A stretch of DNA of 64,000 bases, taken from positions 126,669,256 through 126,733,255 of the forward strand of contig NC_052149.1 of the NCBI RefSeq assembly GCF_902713615.1, in the 5' to 3' direction. Positions 11,599 through 23,264 of this stretch are shown here, piece by piece. The stretch's first letter is position 1; every line of letters begins with the position of its first letter. Origin of the DNA: Scyliorhinus canicula. Lineage: Eukaryota. The notes beneath the pieces are model-generated. The model was given only the letters and a program-made list of their open reading frames with translations. It was not told the origin of the DNA and did not search any database. Both the position numbers and the translations under genes were made by a program.

Positions 11599-12384
11599 AC
11601 ATTGTGCTGTGAGGCTCCATGGAACTGTATCCCAGCATGAAGTGTCCCTCAGGAGGGGAGAGGGAATGTTCGGAGCCCTGAGCTCCATTTCCCAGCCCAG
11701 GCATTTTGTCTTCCAACGAATGAATGAGATGCCAATTTGGAGCCAGGTTAGGGACAGTCTCGTGCTGTGGACCCAGGTCTACAAGAGGCAATTGGAGATA
11801 TCCCTGAAAGGGAAAGATTTGCTGGGTTATGGGGATAGAGAGGGGGAGTGGGACTAATTGGGTAAGTCACAGCACGATGGGCAGAATGGCCTCCTTCTGT
11901 GCTGGAAGATTCGAGGTAGTGGACACGGTTCACAGTTTTCTCCCGTGTCAGTAACAAACATCCAGCTGCTCTGAGCCCCTTCTTTCACTTCCTCTGTTGG
12001 TTACGTTTCAATCTTCCGATCTGACAGTCTTTGCTGTTATTTTTTACACTGGGGGTTTCTGCTGTGGTCTGAATCTCTAACAATAACTGTCCAATCAGTG
12101 AACAGAACAGCAGCTAAGAGCAGTCAGGACTGAGGAGCCAGGCTCACTGGGAAACACATTGGGAAGGTCAAAGCCATCGTCTTCAGCTCCCGATACAAAC
12201 TCCATCCCTCTCCCTGAGCTCTGTCTGCTGCTCAACCAGACTCTTTACAACATTGGCCTCATCTCTCTGTTCCTCCACAATTCCCAGCTTCCCACCATTT
12301 AGAAATAACTCTGATTTCTCTTTCTTTGGTCCAAAGTGGATGATTTCACAGCCCCACATTGATCTCCATCTGCCATTGTCTTCA

Positions 12385-12870
12385 GTCCCCATCACAATCT
12401 CTGTTCCCCAGACACTGATTCCATCCCTCTCCCTGGGCCTCTCTGACTCTGAACCACACAGTTCACAGCCATGGTGTCCTATTTGACCCTGAGATGACCT
12501 TCCCACCACATCATCCGCTCCATCACTAAGACGGCCTATTTCCCCCTCGGTAACATCGCCCGAGTCCGTCCTGCCTCACATCACCTGCTGCTGAGAATCT
12601 CCTCCATGTCTTTGTTCCCTCTAAACGTGACTATTCCAATGCTGTCCTGGCCGCCCTCACACCTACCACCCTCCGTAAACATCAGCTGATCCAAAACTCT
12701 GCTGCCTGGATCTGAACTCACACCAAATCCCGTTCATCCATCACCCCCTCTGCTCACTGACCTACACTGACTCCCGGTCCAGCAATGCCTCGATTTTAAA
12801 TTCCCATCCTTGTTCTCAAACTCCTCCCTGTCCTCCACCCTCCCTATCTCTGTAACCTCCTCCAAGCTGC
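12385..12870 (+). mobile_element. L2 LINE ORF2 C-terminal fragment
   Basis: Degenerate L2 motifs GNIAR, DYSNAVLAAL, LIQNSAA, ITP..DLH, FKFPILV. Confidence 0.75.
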
Positions 12871-13017
12871 CTAACTTAGTGTGGTCAGTAACTTGGATAT
12901 ATGTCTCTCTATTCCTTCATCCAAGTCATTGAGAAATACAGTGAAAGGCTGAGGCTCCAGCTCAGATCCCTGGGGACATCACTATTCACATCTTGCTGAT
13001 TGGAGTACACACACTTG

Positions 13018-13695
13018 GGGTGGGATTCTCCCATCCCGTGGCAGAGTGTCCACGCCATTGTAAACGCTGTCGCGTTTTACGACAGTGTGAACAGGCTGCT
13101 GCCAAGAGTAATTCTGGCCCCAACAGAGGGCCAGAACGGCAATGGAGCAGTTCACGCCACTCCAGCTGCCAATCCCGGCGCTAACTGTACGCCACGGGAT
13201 CCGTGCATGCGCTGTGGTGCCGATGCCGACGCACTCATGCACGGCTTCCTCCTTCAATGTGCCAGCCCCGACACAACATGGCGCAGTAGTACAGGGGGCC
13301 GGCGCGTAGGAATAGAGGCCGGGGGACAGAAAGGCCGGCCTGCCGATCGGTGGGTCCCAATCGTGGGCCAGGCTGCATTGAAGGCCCCCCCGGTGTCGGA
13401 GCCCCCCGCCGGTGTCGTAGCCCCCCCCCCCCCCCACACACACACAGGCCGCCACCCGACCCTTGCACACAGTTAAAATGCTGAGTCCAGCCGGTGCCAT
13501 CCACGCCTGCTCGCTGCCAGCGGGACTCAGCATTTTAACAGCGGCCGCTTGGCCCATCCCGCGGAGAGCGGCCCCCAACCAGCGCCACACCAAACACGCG
13601 GGCGCCAGTGGCGACGATCTCATGCCGGTGTCGGGGTGGCGTGGCACGGTCGCGGGGATTCTCCGGCACGGCTCCGGGCTGAGAGAATCCCGCCC
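13018..13695. mobile_element. PIF/Harbinger-type MITE
   Basis: TIRs GGGTGGGATTCTC / GAGAATCCCGCCC; GC/CpG-rich interior; TSD unclear. Confidence 0.75.
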
Positions 13696-13892
13696 ATTAT
13701 CCCTGCTCCCTGTCTCCTCCCTCCAAGCTAATTCCTTATCCATGGAAATTGATTTCCTCAAATTCCATATGATTCAGTCTCTTGTTTGGCACCTGGAAAT
13801 CCATCAATATAACATCACAGACATTCCCTTATCTACCACATTGGGGACCTCATTAACAAATCTAACCAGGTTAGTTAAACATGTCTGACCCG

Positions 13893-14000
13893 CCCCACCA
13901 GACAGGCGCCGGAATGTGGCGACTAGGGGCTTTTCACAGTAACTTCATTGAAGCCTACTCGTGACAATAAGCGATTATTATTTCATTTCATTTTTCATTT
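13893..14000 (+). mobile_element. HE1-like SINE 3' tail fragment
   Basis: CACAGTAACTTCATTG..CTCGTGACAATAAGCGATTATTAT, shared with tails at 17.5 and 56.9 kb. Confidence 0.75.
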
Positions 14001-14189
14001 AAATCCGTGCTGACTCTCTCGGATCAGTTCATATTTCTGACTGATTTTGTGTCCAATCACAGATTCCAGTCACTTCCCCATAACAGACATTAAACTGAGA
14101 TGTTAGTTGTGAATAACGCTAGTATAAAGCTAGCACAGACATGAGGGGCTGAGTAGACTCCTCCTGTACTGGAGATATATCTGGCTCAT

Positions 14190-14887
14190 CAGGTACATCA
14201 CACTACACAATCCAGTCTGTGTACACAGGTACATCACTTGTCACAATCCAGTGCGTGTACACAGGTACATCACATTTCACAATCCAGTCTGTGTACACAG
14301 GTACGTAACACTTCACTCTCCAGTCTGTGTACACAGGTACATCACACTTCACAATCCAGTCTGTGTACACAGGTACATCACACTTCACAATCCAGTCTGT
14401 GTACACAGGTACATCACATTTCACAATCCAGTCTGTGTACACAGGGACATCACACTTCACAATCCAGTCTGTGTACACAGGTACATCACACTTCACAATC
14501 CAGTCTGTGTACACAGGTACATCACACTTCACAATCCAGTCTGTGTACACAGGGACATCACATTTCACAATCCAGTCTGTGTACACAGGGACATCACACT
14601 TCACAATCCAGTCTCTGTACACAGGTAAATCACACTTCACAATCCAGTTTGTGTACACAGGTACATCACACTTCACAATCCAGTCTGTGTACACAGGTAC
14701 ATCACACTTCACAATTCAGTCTGTGTACACAGGTACATCACACTTCACAATCCAGTCTGTGTACACAGGTACATCACACTTCATAATCCAGTTTGTGTAC
14801 ACAGGTACATCACACTTCACAATCCAGTCTGTGTACACAGGTACATCACACTTCATAATCCAGTTTGTGTACACAATCTAGTCTGTG
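14190..14887 (+). repeat. 36-bp satellite array, ~19 copies (CACAGGTACATCACACTTCACAATCCAGTCTGTGTA)
   Basis: 36-bp period; contains the 12-bp palindrome CTGTGTACACAG; reverse complement of the 29.4-36.9 kb array. Confidence 0.97.
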
Positions 14888-14984
14888 AGAGACCCAGTGC
14901 AGTCAAAACGTCTGTCACTACGACTGACACGAGGGAACTGCCCGTCTTATGCACCCTTATGCACGTTTCTCTACTCCTGAAGGT

Positions 14985-15455
14985 GGAAAGGGTATTGCCG
15001 TTTCCGAGTGTCAGGTGTAGTGACTGACCCGGTGCAGTAAAACGGTATTGACCGTTTCCTAGTGTCAGGTATAGTGAGAGACACGGTGCAGTAAAACGGT
15101 ATTGACCGTTTCCTCGTGTCAGGAATAGTGAGAGACCCGGTGCAGTAAAACGGTATTGACCGTTTCCTAGTGTCAGGTGTAGTGACTGACCCGATGCAGT
15201 AAAACGGTATTGACCGTTTCCTAGTGTCAGGTGCAGTGAGAGACCCGGTGCAGTAAAACGGTATTGACCGTTTCCTAGTGTCAGGAATAGTGAGAGACCC
15301 GGTGCAGTAAAACGGTATTGACCGTTTCCTAGTGTCAGGTGTAGTGAGAGACCCGGTGCAGTAAAACTGTATTGACCGTTTCCTAGTGTCAGGTATAGTG
15401 AGAGGCGGTGCAGTAAAACGGTATTGACCGTTTCCTCGTGTCAGGTGTAGTGAGA
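14985..15455. repeat. 54-bp minisatellite, ~8.5 copies, each with a hairpin
   Basis: GTGCAGTAAAACGG at 15032, 15086, 15140, 15194, 15248, 15302, 15356, 15408; stem-loop AAACGGT-ATTG-ACCGTTT. Confidence 0.95.
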
Positions 15456-15776
15456 AACGTGTGAAAACAGTGAGGGATCCATCTCCTTGTAATAAAGCAA
15501 CGAGAGTGGTCGGACTATAAACATAACATCAGCAACGTCTGATAAAAATTTAGATTGGGGAGTTGTCGCGTCGCTTGCTGAATGTTTGGTAAATAATTAA
15601 ATACTGAAAAAAATCATTGAAGTAAAGTCACTGAAGCTTTTGTTGTGGGGGAAGAGAGAGAGAGAGTGAGAGGGTTACCCCTCGGGGGGTTTATGACCAG
15701 TGACAGACAGGGGCTGAGGAAATGGGAGTTTCGGGCGTTTAGATTGTTCCTGTCGGTGAAAATCTCGAACATTCCT

Positions 15777-15777
<1 letters not shown>

Positions 15778-15820
<43 letters not shown>
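15778..15820. repeat. Poly(C) tract, ~43 nt
   Basis: Uninterrupted C run read directly. Confidence 0.9.
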
Positions 15821-15821
<1 letters not shown>

Positions 15822-15909
15822 CCCACTGCTACTTGAAGTTTTGTTCAGAGTCTGAAAGTTTTAATCTGTTCAGATAACCGTTATGAGAATGGAAATAAAC
15901 AAATTTTAG

Positions 15910-16198
15910 ACAATAACTTTTATTGTCACAAGTAGGCTGACATTAACACTGCAATGAAGTTGCTGTGAAAAGCCCCTAGTCACCACATTCTGGCTCCTGT
16001 TCAGGTACACAGAGGGAGAATTCAGAATGTCCAAATTACCTTACGGCACATCTTTCGGGAAATGTGGGCACCCGGAGGAAACGCCCACAGACACAGGGAG
16101 AACGTGGAGACTCCGCACAGTGACCCAAGCTGGGAATCGAACCTGGGACCTTGGAGCTGTGAAGCAACAGTGCTAACCACTGTGCCACCGTGCCGCCC
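15910..16198 (-). mobile_element. HE1-like V-SINE (ATT-type tail)
   Basis: tRNA-like head with B-box GTTCGATTCC, V-domain-like core, tail ending GTGACAATAAAAGTTATTG. Confidence 0.88.
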
Positions 16199-16250
16199 TG
16201 TTATATTTGTGTGTCTGTGTGTAATGAAGAATTTGTGTGTGAGATCTCAT

Positions 16251-16374
16251 GGCCGGGATTCTCCCGGAATTGCGGGGCGGCCTGTACCAGTGCCAAGAGC
16301 ACCATGACCCACTCCGGCGTCGGGCCGCCCGGAAGTTGGGGAATCCTCCAGCGGGGGGTCGGACAATCCCACCT
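16251..16374. mobile_element. Short Harbinger-type MITE
   Basis: Imperfect TIRs GGCCGGGATT / AATCCCACCT; TSD CAT on both sides. Confidence 0.7.
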
Positions 16375-16382
16375 CATGTGTT

Positions 16383-16711
16383 TCATAGAACATAGAACAG
16401 TACAGAACAGGCCCTTCGGCCCTCGACGTTGTGCCGAACAATGAACACCCGACTTAAACCCACGTAACCCGTATACCCATAACCCAACAATCCCCCCATT
16501 AACCTTACACTACGGGCAATTTAGCATGGCCAATCCACCTAACCCGCACATCTTTGGACTGTGGGAGGAAACCGGAGCACCCGGAGGAAACCCACGCACA
16601 CACGGGGAGGACGTGCAGACTCCACACAGACAGTGACCCAGCCGGGAATCGAACCTGGGACCCTGGAGCTGTGAAGCATTGATGCTAACCACCATGCTAC
16701 CGTGAGGCCCC
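16383..16711 (-). mobile_element. V-SINE-like element with CR1-type (TTCTATG)n tail
   Basis: Head and core as in the other SINEs; CATAGAACATAGAAC on +. Confidence 0.9.
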
Positions 16712-16906
16712 TTTTCCAAATTGTCATTTGTTTGTGTAGTTCCAGCAATCTGAGTTCAAAGACTCACAATGTGGATTCTGAGTTGGATTTAAGTACAATA
16801 AAATGAAACAAACCAAAGTTTGAAGTTTTAAGGTTCGAGTTGAGATTTCTGACCAGAGACCACAGTTTGAATGGACTCTAAAGATACAACAGCTTTTCCC
16901 TGTGTT

Positions 16907-17259
16907 CATAGAATCTGCAGTGCAGAAAGAGGCCATTCGGCCCATCGAGTCCCCACCGGCCCTTGGAAAGCACCTTATCCAAACCCACACCTCCACCCCA
17001 TCCCCGTAGCCCAGCAACCCATCTGTACGTTTTTGGACACTGAGGGCAATTTAGCATGGCCAATCCACCTAACCTACACGTCTTTGGACTGTGGGAGGAA
17101 ACCGGAGAATCCGGAGGAAACCCACGCAGACACGGGGAGAACCTGCAGACTCCACACAGACTGTGACCCAGCGGGGAATCGAACCTAGGATCCTGGAGCT
17201 GTGAAGCAACCGTGCCAACCACTGTGCCACTGTGCCGCCCTTGTGCTACCGTGCCACCC
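16907..17259 (-). mobile_element. V-SINE-like element, CR1-type tail, doubled 5' head
   Basis: Core TTCTCCCCGTGTCTGCGTGGG; tail GCCGAATGGCCTCTTTCTGCACTGCAGATTCTATG; extra head-like motif at 17233-17259. Confidence 0.88.
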
Positions 17260-17419
17260 TAAAATGAACCAGACTCTGCAGCAACCTCTTGCAGACTAAC
17301 AGGAACTTCACTCTTTCCAATCACAGCTTGAGCTTTCTGATTGCTGAATGGATCCATTCCCCCTCGAGCAGAATGGATCCTCGTGTTTTTATTTCGAGGT
17401 AACCTCCAATGCCCCTGTC

Positions 17420-17522
17420 TACCTGAATAGACACCGGAATGTGGCGAGTAGGGGATTTTCACAGTAACTTCATTGCAGTGTTAATGTAAGCCTACTTGTG
17501 ACAATAACGATTATTATTATTA
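17420..17522 (+). mobile_element. HE1-like SINE 3' tail fragment
   Basis: CAGTAACTTCATTGCAGTGTTAATGTAAGCCTACTTGTGACAATAACGATTATTATTAT. Confidence 0.8.
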
Positions 17523-17728
17523 TATGTAACAAGATTTCCAGCAGCGTTAATAATCGGAGAATTTATCTGAAGATTTTTATTGCCACAGTATCGTCATGGT
17601 TTTGAGTCTTTACTTTATCGAGAAAGAAAATGGTTGAACCCATTCAGGACCATTGTTATCTTCTGCTTGGGAACAGGAGATCTGATATAAACACACTGAC
17701 CAATGAGAATCAGACTGTTTAACACGAG

Positions 17729-18078
17729 GGGCGGGATTCACCGCTATCCGGTGGGATGGGCCGTACCGGCGGCGAGGGGCGGCGGAACCACTCCGGCATC
17801 GGGCTGCCTGGAAGTTGCGGAATCCTCCGTACCTTCAGGGGCTAGGCCGGTGCCGGAGTGTTTGGCGCCAAGTCAAATGGAGCCGAAGCGCCTCCGCCAG
17901 CCAGGCCGAGTTGCCGCATGCGCGGGAGCGCCAGCGTGTTTTGGCATCATCGAGGGCCAGAGAATCGCTGGGGGAGCTGCTGCCAATTGCCACCAACACG
18001 GAAAATCCGGCAGCCGGAATCGGGGCAGCGGAGTGGGATTCACACCGCCCCCTGGTGGGGGGTCGGAGAATCCTGCAC
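17729..18078. mobile_element. Harbinger-type MITE
   Basis: Imperfect TIRs GGGCGGGATTC / GGAGAATCCTGCAC; CpG-rich interior. Confidence 0.7.
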
Positions 18079-18491
18079 AAGACCTTTGAAAACGATGATG
18101 TTATTGAAGGGAAAGAAAATCTGTCCCTTTAAATCTGAATCCAAATTCACACACATGAGGAAGAAGTCATTTGAATTTTGATAGTGTAAATTACAGCTTA
18201 CAAAGTATAATGATTTGAGGTTTGGTTCCTGATAAAGTTCTCAACAGGAAATTTTAATTTGAAAAGGTTTGAAAACAATTGACATTAATTCAAATGCTGC
18301 CAGCTGCTGGGCTGAAAGAAGAATTTAAAATATGTTTGTTCCCAAAATGTAAACATAAACCTGAAGCTTGAAGTTTGGTAGAAATCCAATTTGAAGCAGA
18401 GTTAATGAAAGCAGCTCAACAACAAAACTATTAGAATCTGGGATCAGTTTAAAATGAAAATGCTCCAGCTACAAACGAGAGAGATAAGTAA

Positions 18492-19302
18492 GGCCTGATC
18501 TTTCCAAAAGTGAACAAAGTTCCCGAGCGAGTGCGTTTAGCTACATGATTCCCGGCACTCGCCGTGCTGAGAATCACAAGGATTTTCAACGCGATTGGCT
18601 TTGAACGGGAATGTCGAGGCCGAGGCCACACATAGTCCCGTTTGGTACACTGGGAATCTCCGCCCGCCGGACCTTCACGTTGTAGCGAGAAATCGGGAAA
18701 CCATTTTTAAAAGGCGTACTGATCTCAGAGGCCACGAAAAGAATCCCCGAGCTCCCCCCCCAAGCCCGAATGCAAGAGGGTCCCCTCCCAACCCACACTG
18801 GGCAACCCCAGCCCAATCGAGCATGTGCAAAAAATGACAGCTGGTAATGCCACATGGGAACCTTGACAGTGCCAGGCTGGCAGCCAGATGGCAGTGCCAG
18901 GGTACTCAGGTGGCACCAGCAGTGGCAAGGCACCACCTTGCCCAAAGGGAATGCAGCTGATCACCTTGGAGATCTCCATGATGCCGTTCCTTCCGGAACC
19001 CCCGGTTATAGGGACCAGGACCAAGCGGCACTAACCCGAGGTCCCCGAGGCAAAGGGATTGAAACCCAAAGCCTCAGGTACCTCACGAGTCTGCACATTA
19101 TAGTTAGGCTTATAGCCTCACCCGGATATGCAGATTTGCTAAAAGGTGATGCTGCCCATGGTCGGGATTCACCTTGCAGCACCTTGTGTGATTTGTGTTG
19201 TGAGCCGGGTAGATCCCGGGAGCGGGGTCTCCTGGCTTTCCCCAGCACCGCTGCACCGCGGTGAGCTGCTTTCCGACACTGCATGGCCGGAAGATCATGG
19301 CC
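18492..19302. mobile_element. Non-autonomous Harbinger-type element
   Basis: TIRs GGCCTGATCTTTCC / GGAAGATCATGGCC; left flank TAA (canonical Harbinger TSD), right flank AAA. Confidence 0.7.
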
Positions 19303-20479
19303 AAAGAAGCAAAACCATGTCAATGTCTGGAACCAAATAGAAACATATTCTGAGTGTAGGCCTGAGGCCTGCTGCTGCCACTAATATTTGCAATTTTGTA
19401 TTTTACATTTTATTTCAGCTCTCCTTTGATTTTAATATTTGAAGTGATTTTGTATTTTCTCACTTGATAAACACTAATCTTAACCCAGCTATGATTGTCC
19501 TTTGATTAATTAATCAATAATAATCAGCAGTGACCTGTTTTTCTCAATCTTGTTTTCTCTCTATACTGGCCACACAGCTTTGTTTAGACTAAAACTTTTG
19601 TTTTTCCACTTTCTCAAACTAGAATATTAAAATAAGTTGTTTTTTGTTGATTAGAATTGCTGTTCTCCAGCATTCTGTGACCTTGGATTACAGAGCAAGT
19701 CGCTGAGTAATCTTATCTGCTGTGGCCACCTGAAGCATCAGAAGATGAAGTTTCATTGATGGACATAACACCTGATTGATGACAGATGGGAAAACACCAT
19801 CAAGAGCTCCGTAAACAAGCTGAATATGACCAAGTCTGCTTCACCTTGAGCTCCCTGTGAGAGGAACTGAGAAGAGCTGAGATTTGTTTGGGGAAAGATT
19901 GTGTGGCAGGCTTCACGAGACTGGAATGGAGCCAGAAATCCAGTTTAAAGAGACATCGCTTCAGAGACTCAGTGCTGGGGTGGAATAGTCATCCACGGAC
20001 GTCAGGAGGAAGGGTCAGAAACGGACTGACTGACCATAGTGCCCACCCACTGGGGTTACTCAGTGACTTGGTGATGAGTTTACTGAGGGGGCAGTAACGT
20101 GGGCACCAATTGTGGGGGACCCGTGGTGGAACAGACCAAATTGTGGTTATTGTTTGTGTTTGAACAAACATCTGACTGTCTTCTTTTCCTCAGATATGTA
20201 CAAACTGCTTCACCTTTTGTCCGGATTCTCCTGTCTAAACCCGTTTGGCCATCATTTTTCTTTATTTTCTTTTATTTTGCAATTTCAATTTTTTAACATG
20301 GACAATTAATGTGCCGATGCCTTTAAGGTGGACTTCGAGTGTCTGGCCTTTTCAATGGCCCCTGCCAATTGGTTGAGATTTCCTCTGAAAGTTCCTTCCT
20401 CCGTGTGACTGTGTTTTCTGCTTTACTTTTGTGTTGGTCAGAAGCTGGAGGGTCAGAACTCTGATTTCTCTCTCATGAG

Positions 20480-20812
20480 CAGCACAGCAGCACAGTGGTT
20501 AGCACTGCTGCCTCACAGCTCCAGGGACCCGGGTTCAATTCCATTCTTAGGTGACTGTGTGGAGTTTGCACTTTCTCCCCATGTCTGCCTGGGTTTTCTC
20601 CCGGTTCTCCCGGTTCCTTCCATAGTCCAACGATGTGCAGGTTAGATGGATTGACCATGCTAAATTGCCCCTTAGTTTCCAAAAGGTTAGATAGGATAAC
20701 TGGGTTACAGGGAAAGGGTGGAGGAGTGGGCCAAAGTAGAGTGCTCTTTCCAAGGGCCGGTGCAGACTCGATGGGCTTAATGGCCTCCTTCTGCACTGTT
20801 GGGATTCTATGA
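20480..20812 (+). mobile_element. V-SINE-like element with CR1-type tail
   Basis: GCAGCACAGTGGTTAGCACTG head, GGTTCAATTCC B-box, tail GGCCTCCTTCTGCACTGTTGGGATTCTATGA. Confidence 0.88.
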
Positions 20813-20819
20813 CTCATCT

Positions 20820-21574
20820 AATGGATTATTTTTGATGATCTGAAGTGAAAACCTCTCTTTCTGCACAGCCAGACTGAACTGCAAGGAAACCAAAGTCAAG
20901 TCACCAGCTGCAGACAGGGTTCAGATGTTTAACTCCATTTTAATATCTTGTGTGGGAACTCTGTTCTTATCTCAGTAAGACTGTTAGTCATTCTGGTCGA
21001 GTTGGAAATAAGTAAGAATTAAACAGATCTGAAGCTGTTCCTTTGATTCAAGGCCCAGGTTATTAAACATTGAAGTGCCTCTCCCAGATGGAGCCCTATT
21101 GACTGGGAGTACTGGCTGAATGCAGTTGCCAGAAGACCATCTCTACCGCTACCGGTGGATCGATCCCAAAACATCCTGGCAGGACAACCTGCTGCAATAA
21201 CTTCAATATCGGAAGAAAGAATACTCATTTTTCATTTGAAATTAATCCCCCTTATTATTTTCACCCTTTTCCTCCTCTCTGGGCGTGTCTGTCTTGTGTG
21301 TGTTGAGTAGAGGGTGGAATGGGAAAAGGTGGGAATAGCAGATTAGAAGGCCGATATTCCATTGTGATTGCTGTACATGTCAAATTTGCTTGTGTTATAA
21401 ATAAACAGTTATCGTTGTCAACTTACAAACCAGGTGGCATTAACTTATTGAGCAGTCAAAGAGCCAAAGATTCTGTGAATTTTATACAAATTATTGGTTA
21501 ATTCACTTGTGTTGGGACTCAGGGGTCTGTGGGGTTGGAATTGCCCAGGGTGTCTATCCCAGGGTGTCATAACA
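20820..21574 (+). mobile_element. LTR-like sequence, 3' end only; 5' boundary not found (may extend to ~19676)
   Basis: AATAAA near 21400 and a terminal GTCATAACA typical of LTR ends; no matching TSD identified. Confidence 0.4.
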
Positions 21575-21895
21575 TTTTCAATAAAGATATCTTTCTTCCT
21601 TTTCATATACTCTTTTTTTAAATATATTTGTTTTATATAAATTAGAGATTCTGGTTATAATCTTATTATCATTATTCAAAAAATTTCCAACACAATACTT
21701 GTCAGAGTCGCTCATTCCTGTCATGTCCAGAGTGCAGCTTCGAACCTCAGTGAGACTCTGAAAGGGATTCTCACCTCTCCTCACAGGGAAACCCTTTATT
21801 GTCCGGTGAGTCCCTCCAGACAACTGAATGAGATAAGCTGAGAACTATTCCAGGTGTAAAAGGGTCTGAGGAAATGATTCAGAGTTAGAAATAGA

Positions 21896-22537
21896 AGGCT
21901 GGATTCTCTGGTTGCCGACGGTGAAATTGAATTCGGCGATTGGCCGGAGAATCCATTTTGAGGCCAGAATCTGGGGCGGTGCCATTTTTCAGCGGCTCTG
22001 CCCCCTCCAAAATGGTGACATTGGGGTGTATGCCGCATTCTGTTGGGACGGCCTCAGGATGTCACCTGAAGGCCCTCCCCCAATGCTCCATGCCCAATGG
22101 ACCCAATTTCCGACGATGTGGATCACTTGTGGTCTGAGATTTTGTCAACCTGGTGTGGCGGCTGTGGAGTGTGTCCAGCACCCCCACAGTCAGGGGGTGG
22201 AGCCGTTCCATTGGCCGGGGGGGGGTGGCTTCGGCGGGAGCTGGGGGGAATGGTGGGGGGAGAGTCCGGGGTTGGCGAGAAGGGTTACAGGGGGGGTACT
22301 ACCTGGCAGGGTGGGTCCACGCATGGCTGGCACCATATTGTACGGTACGGCCGCCGCAGTTTGCTGCCGTGCACATTCGTGGCCATGACTCGCCAATTCT
22401 CCATCCGTATCTGCAGGTAAAGCCGGGGGTTTTACATGGCGCTGCTTCTGGCCCCCCCCACTGGGCGGCGCCAACCTTTTCATCGTAGTACTAGGTACAT
22501 GCTCCGGACATAGCCTCAAAGTCGGAGAAAGCAGCCC
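21896..22537. mobile_element. Harbinger-type MITE
   Basis: TIRs GGCTGGATTCTC / GAGAAAGCAGCCC. Confidence 0.7.
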
Positions 22538-22585
22538 AGATTTCAGGAAAAACACACAGGACGGGATTCTCCTTTTCTGAGATTA

Positions 22586-23250
22586 AGGACTGGATTCTCC
22601 GATTTTGAGGCTATGTCCGAAAGAAGTGTCGAGTTTTACGATGGAACAGTTGGCAGTGCCCTCGCACCGATGCCCCGCCCGGTGGGGGGGCTAGCAGTTG
22701 GCAGTGCCCTCGCACCGATGCTCCGCCCCATGGGGGGCTAGCAGTTGGCAGTGCCCTCGCACCAATGTTCTGCCTCGTGGGGGGCTAGCAGTTGGCAGTG
22801 CCCTCGCACCGATGTCGCGCCCGGTGGGGGGCCAGCAGTTGGCAGTGCCCTCGCACCGATGCCCCGCCCGGTGGGGGGATAGCAGTTGGCAGTGCCCTCG
22901 CACCGATGCTCCGCCCGGGGTGGGGGGCCAGCAGTTGCCCCACATCAAACCCACAGCATTCCCGACAGAAACGGCCAGGAAATTGCCGGGGCCGTGGCTG
23001 CGCATGCTCACGGCGGCATCCTGCAGCGGTTGTGCCACACAGCATGGTGCGGCCGTGCGTGGACCCGGCCTGCCAGATAGTGCCCCCCTGTAATCCCCCT
23101 CGCCATCCCCGGGCCACTCCCCACCAGTCCCCTCAGCCCCCACTGAAGCCCCCTACCCCAGCCAATGGAACGGCTCCACCCCCTGACTGTGGCAGTGATG
23201 GACACTCACCACCCCCACCCCATCCCACCCCCATCCCTTCCCCCCTCCCC
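22586..23250. mobile_element. Second MITE of the same family in opposite orientation, truncated
   Basis: Starts GGACTGGATTCTCCGATTTTGAGGCTATGTCCG, the reverse complement of 22505-22537; interior is inversely homologous to ~22185-22400. Confidence 0.7.
22647..22937. repeat. ~47-bp minisatellite, ~6 copies, inside the MITE
   Basis: CAGTTG at 22647, 22695, 22742, 22789, 22836, 22883, 22932. Confidence 0.92.
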
Positions 23251-23264
23251 ACCCCCTATACCAC

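Larger units (their letters stand above)
12260..13885 (-). mobile_element. Old CR1 RT fragment interrupted by an L2 and a MITE
   Basis: Three collinear pieces: CLTNLVRFVNEV (~13880), VPQGSELEPQPFTVFLNDLDEG (~12980), CEIIHFG..LFLNG (~12360). Confidence 0.75.

Noticed and set aside
14872-14887. Helitron 3' end (CTAG) at the array terminus
   Set aside because: Satellite identity continues past CTAG, the variant also occurs internally, and no Rep/helicase or 5' TC end was found.
16724-17017. RVHSNCGLWSEIS as a cytokine-receptor WSxWS-like exon
   Set aside because: The motif is incomplete, the ORF is half SINE-derived, and no companion exons were found.
19676-21574. Single ~1.6-kb LTR starting TGTGACC
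   Set aside because: Flanks ATTC and TTTT do not form a TSD; only the 3' end is reported, at low confidence.
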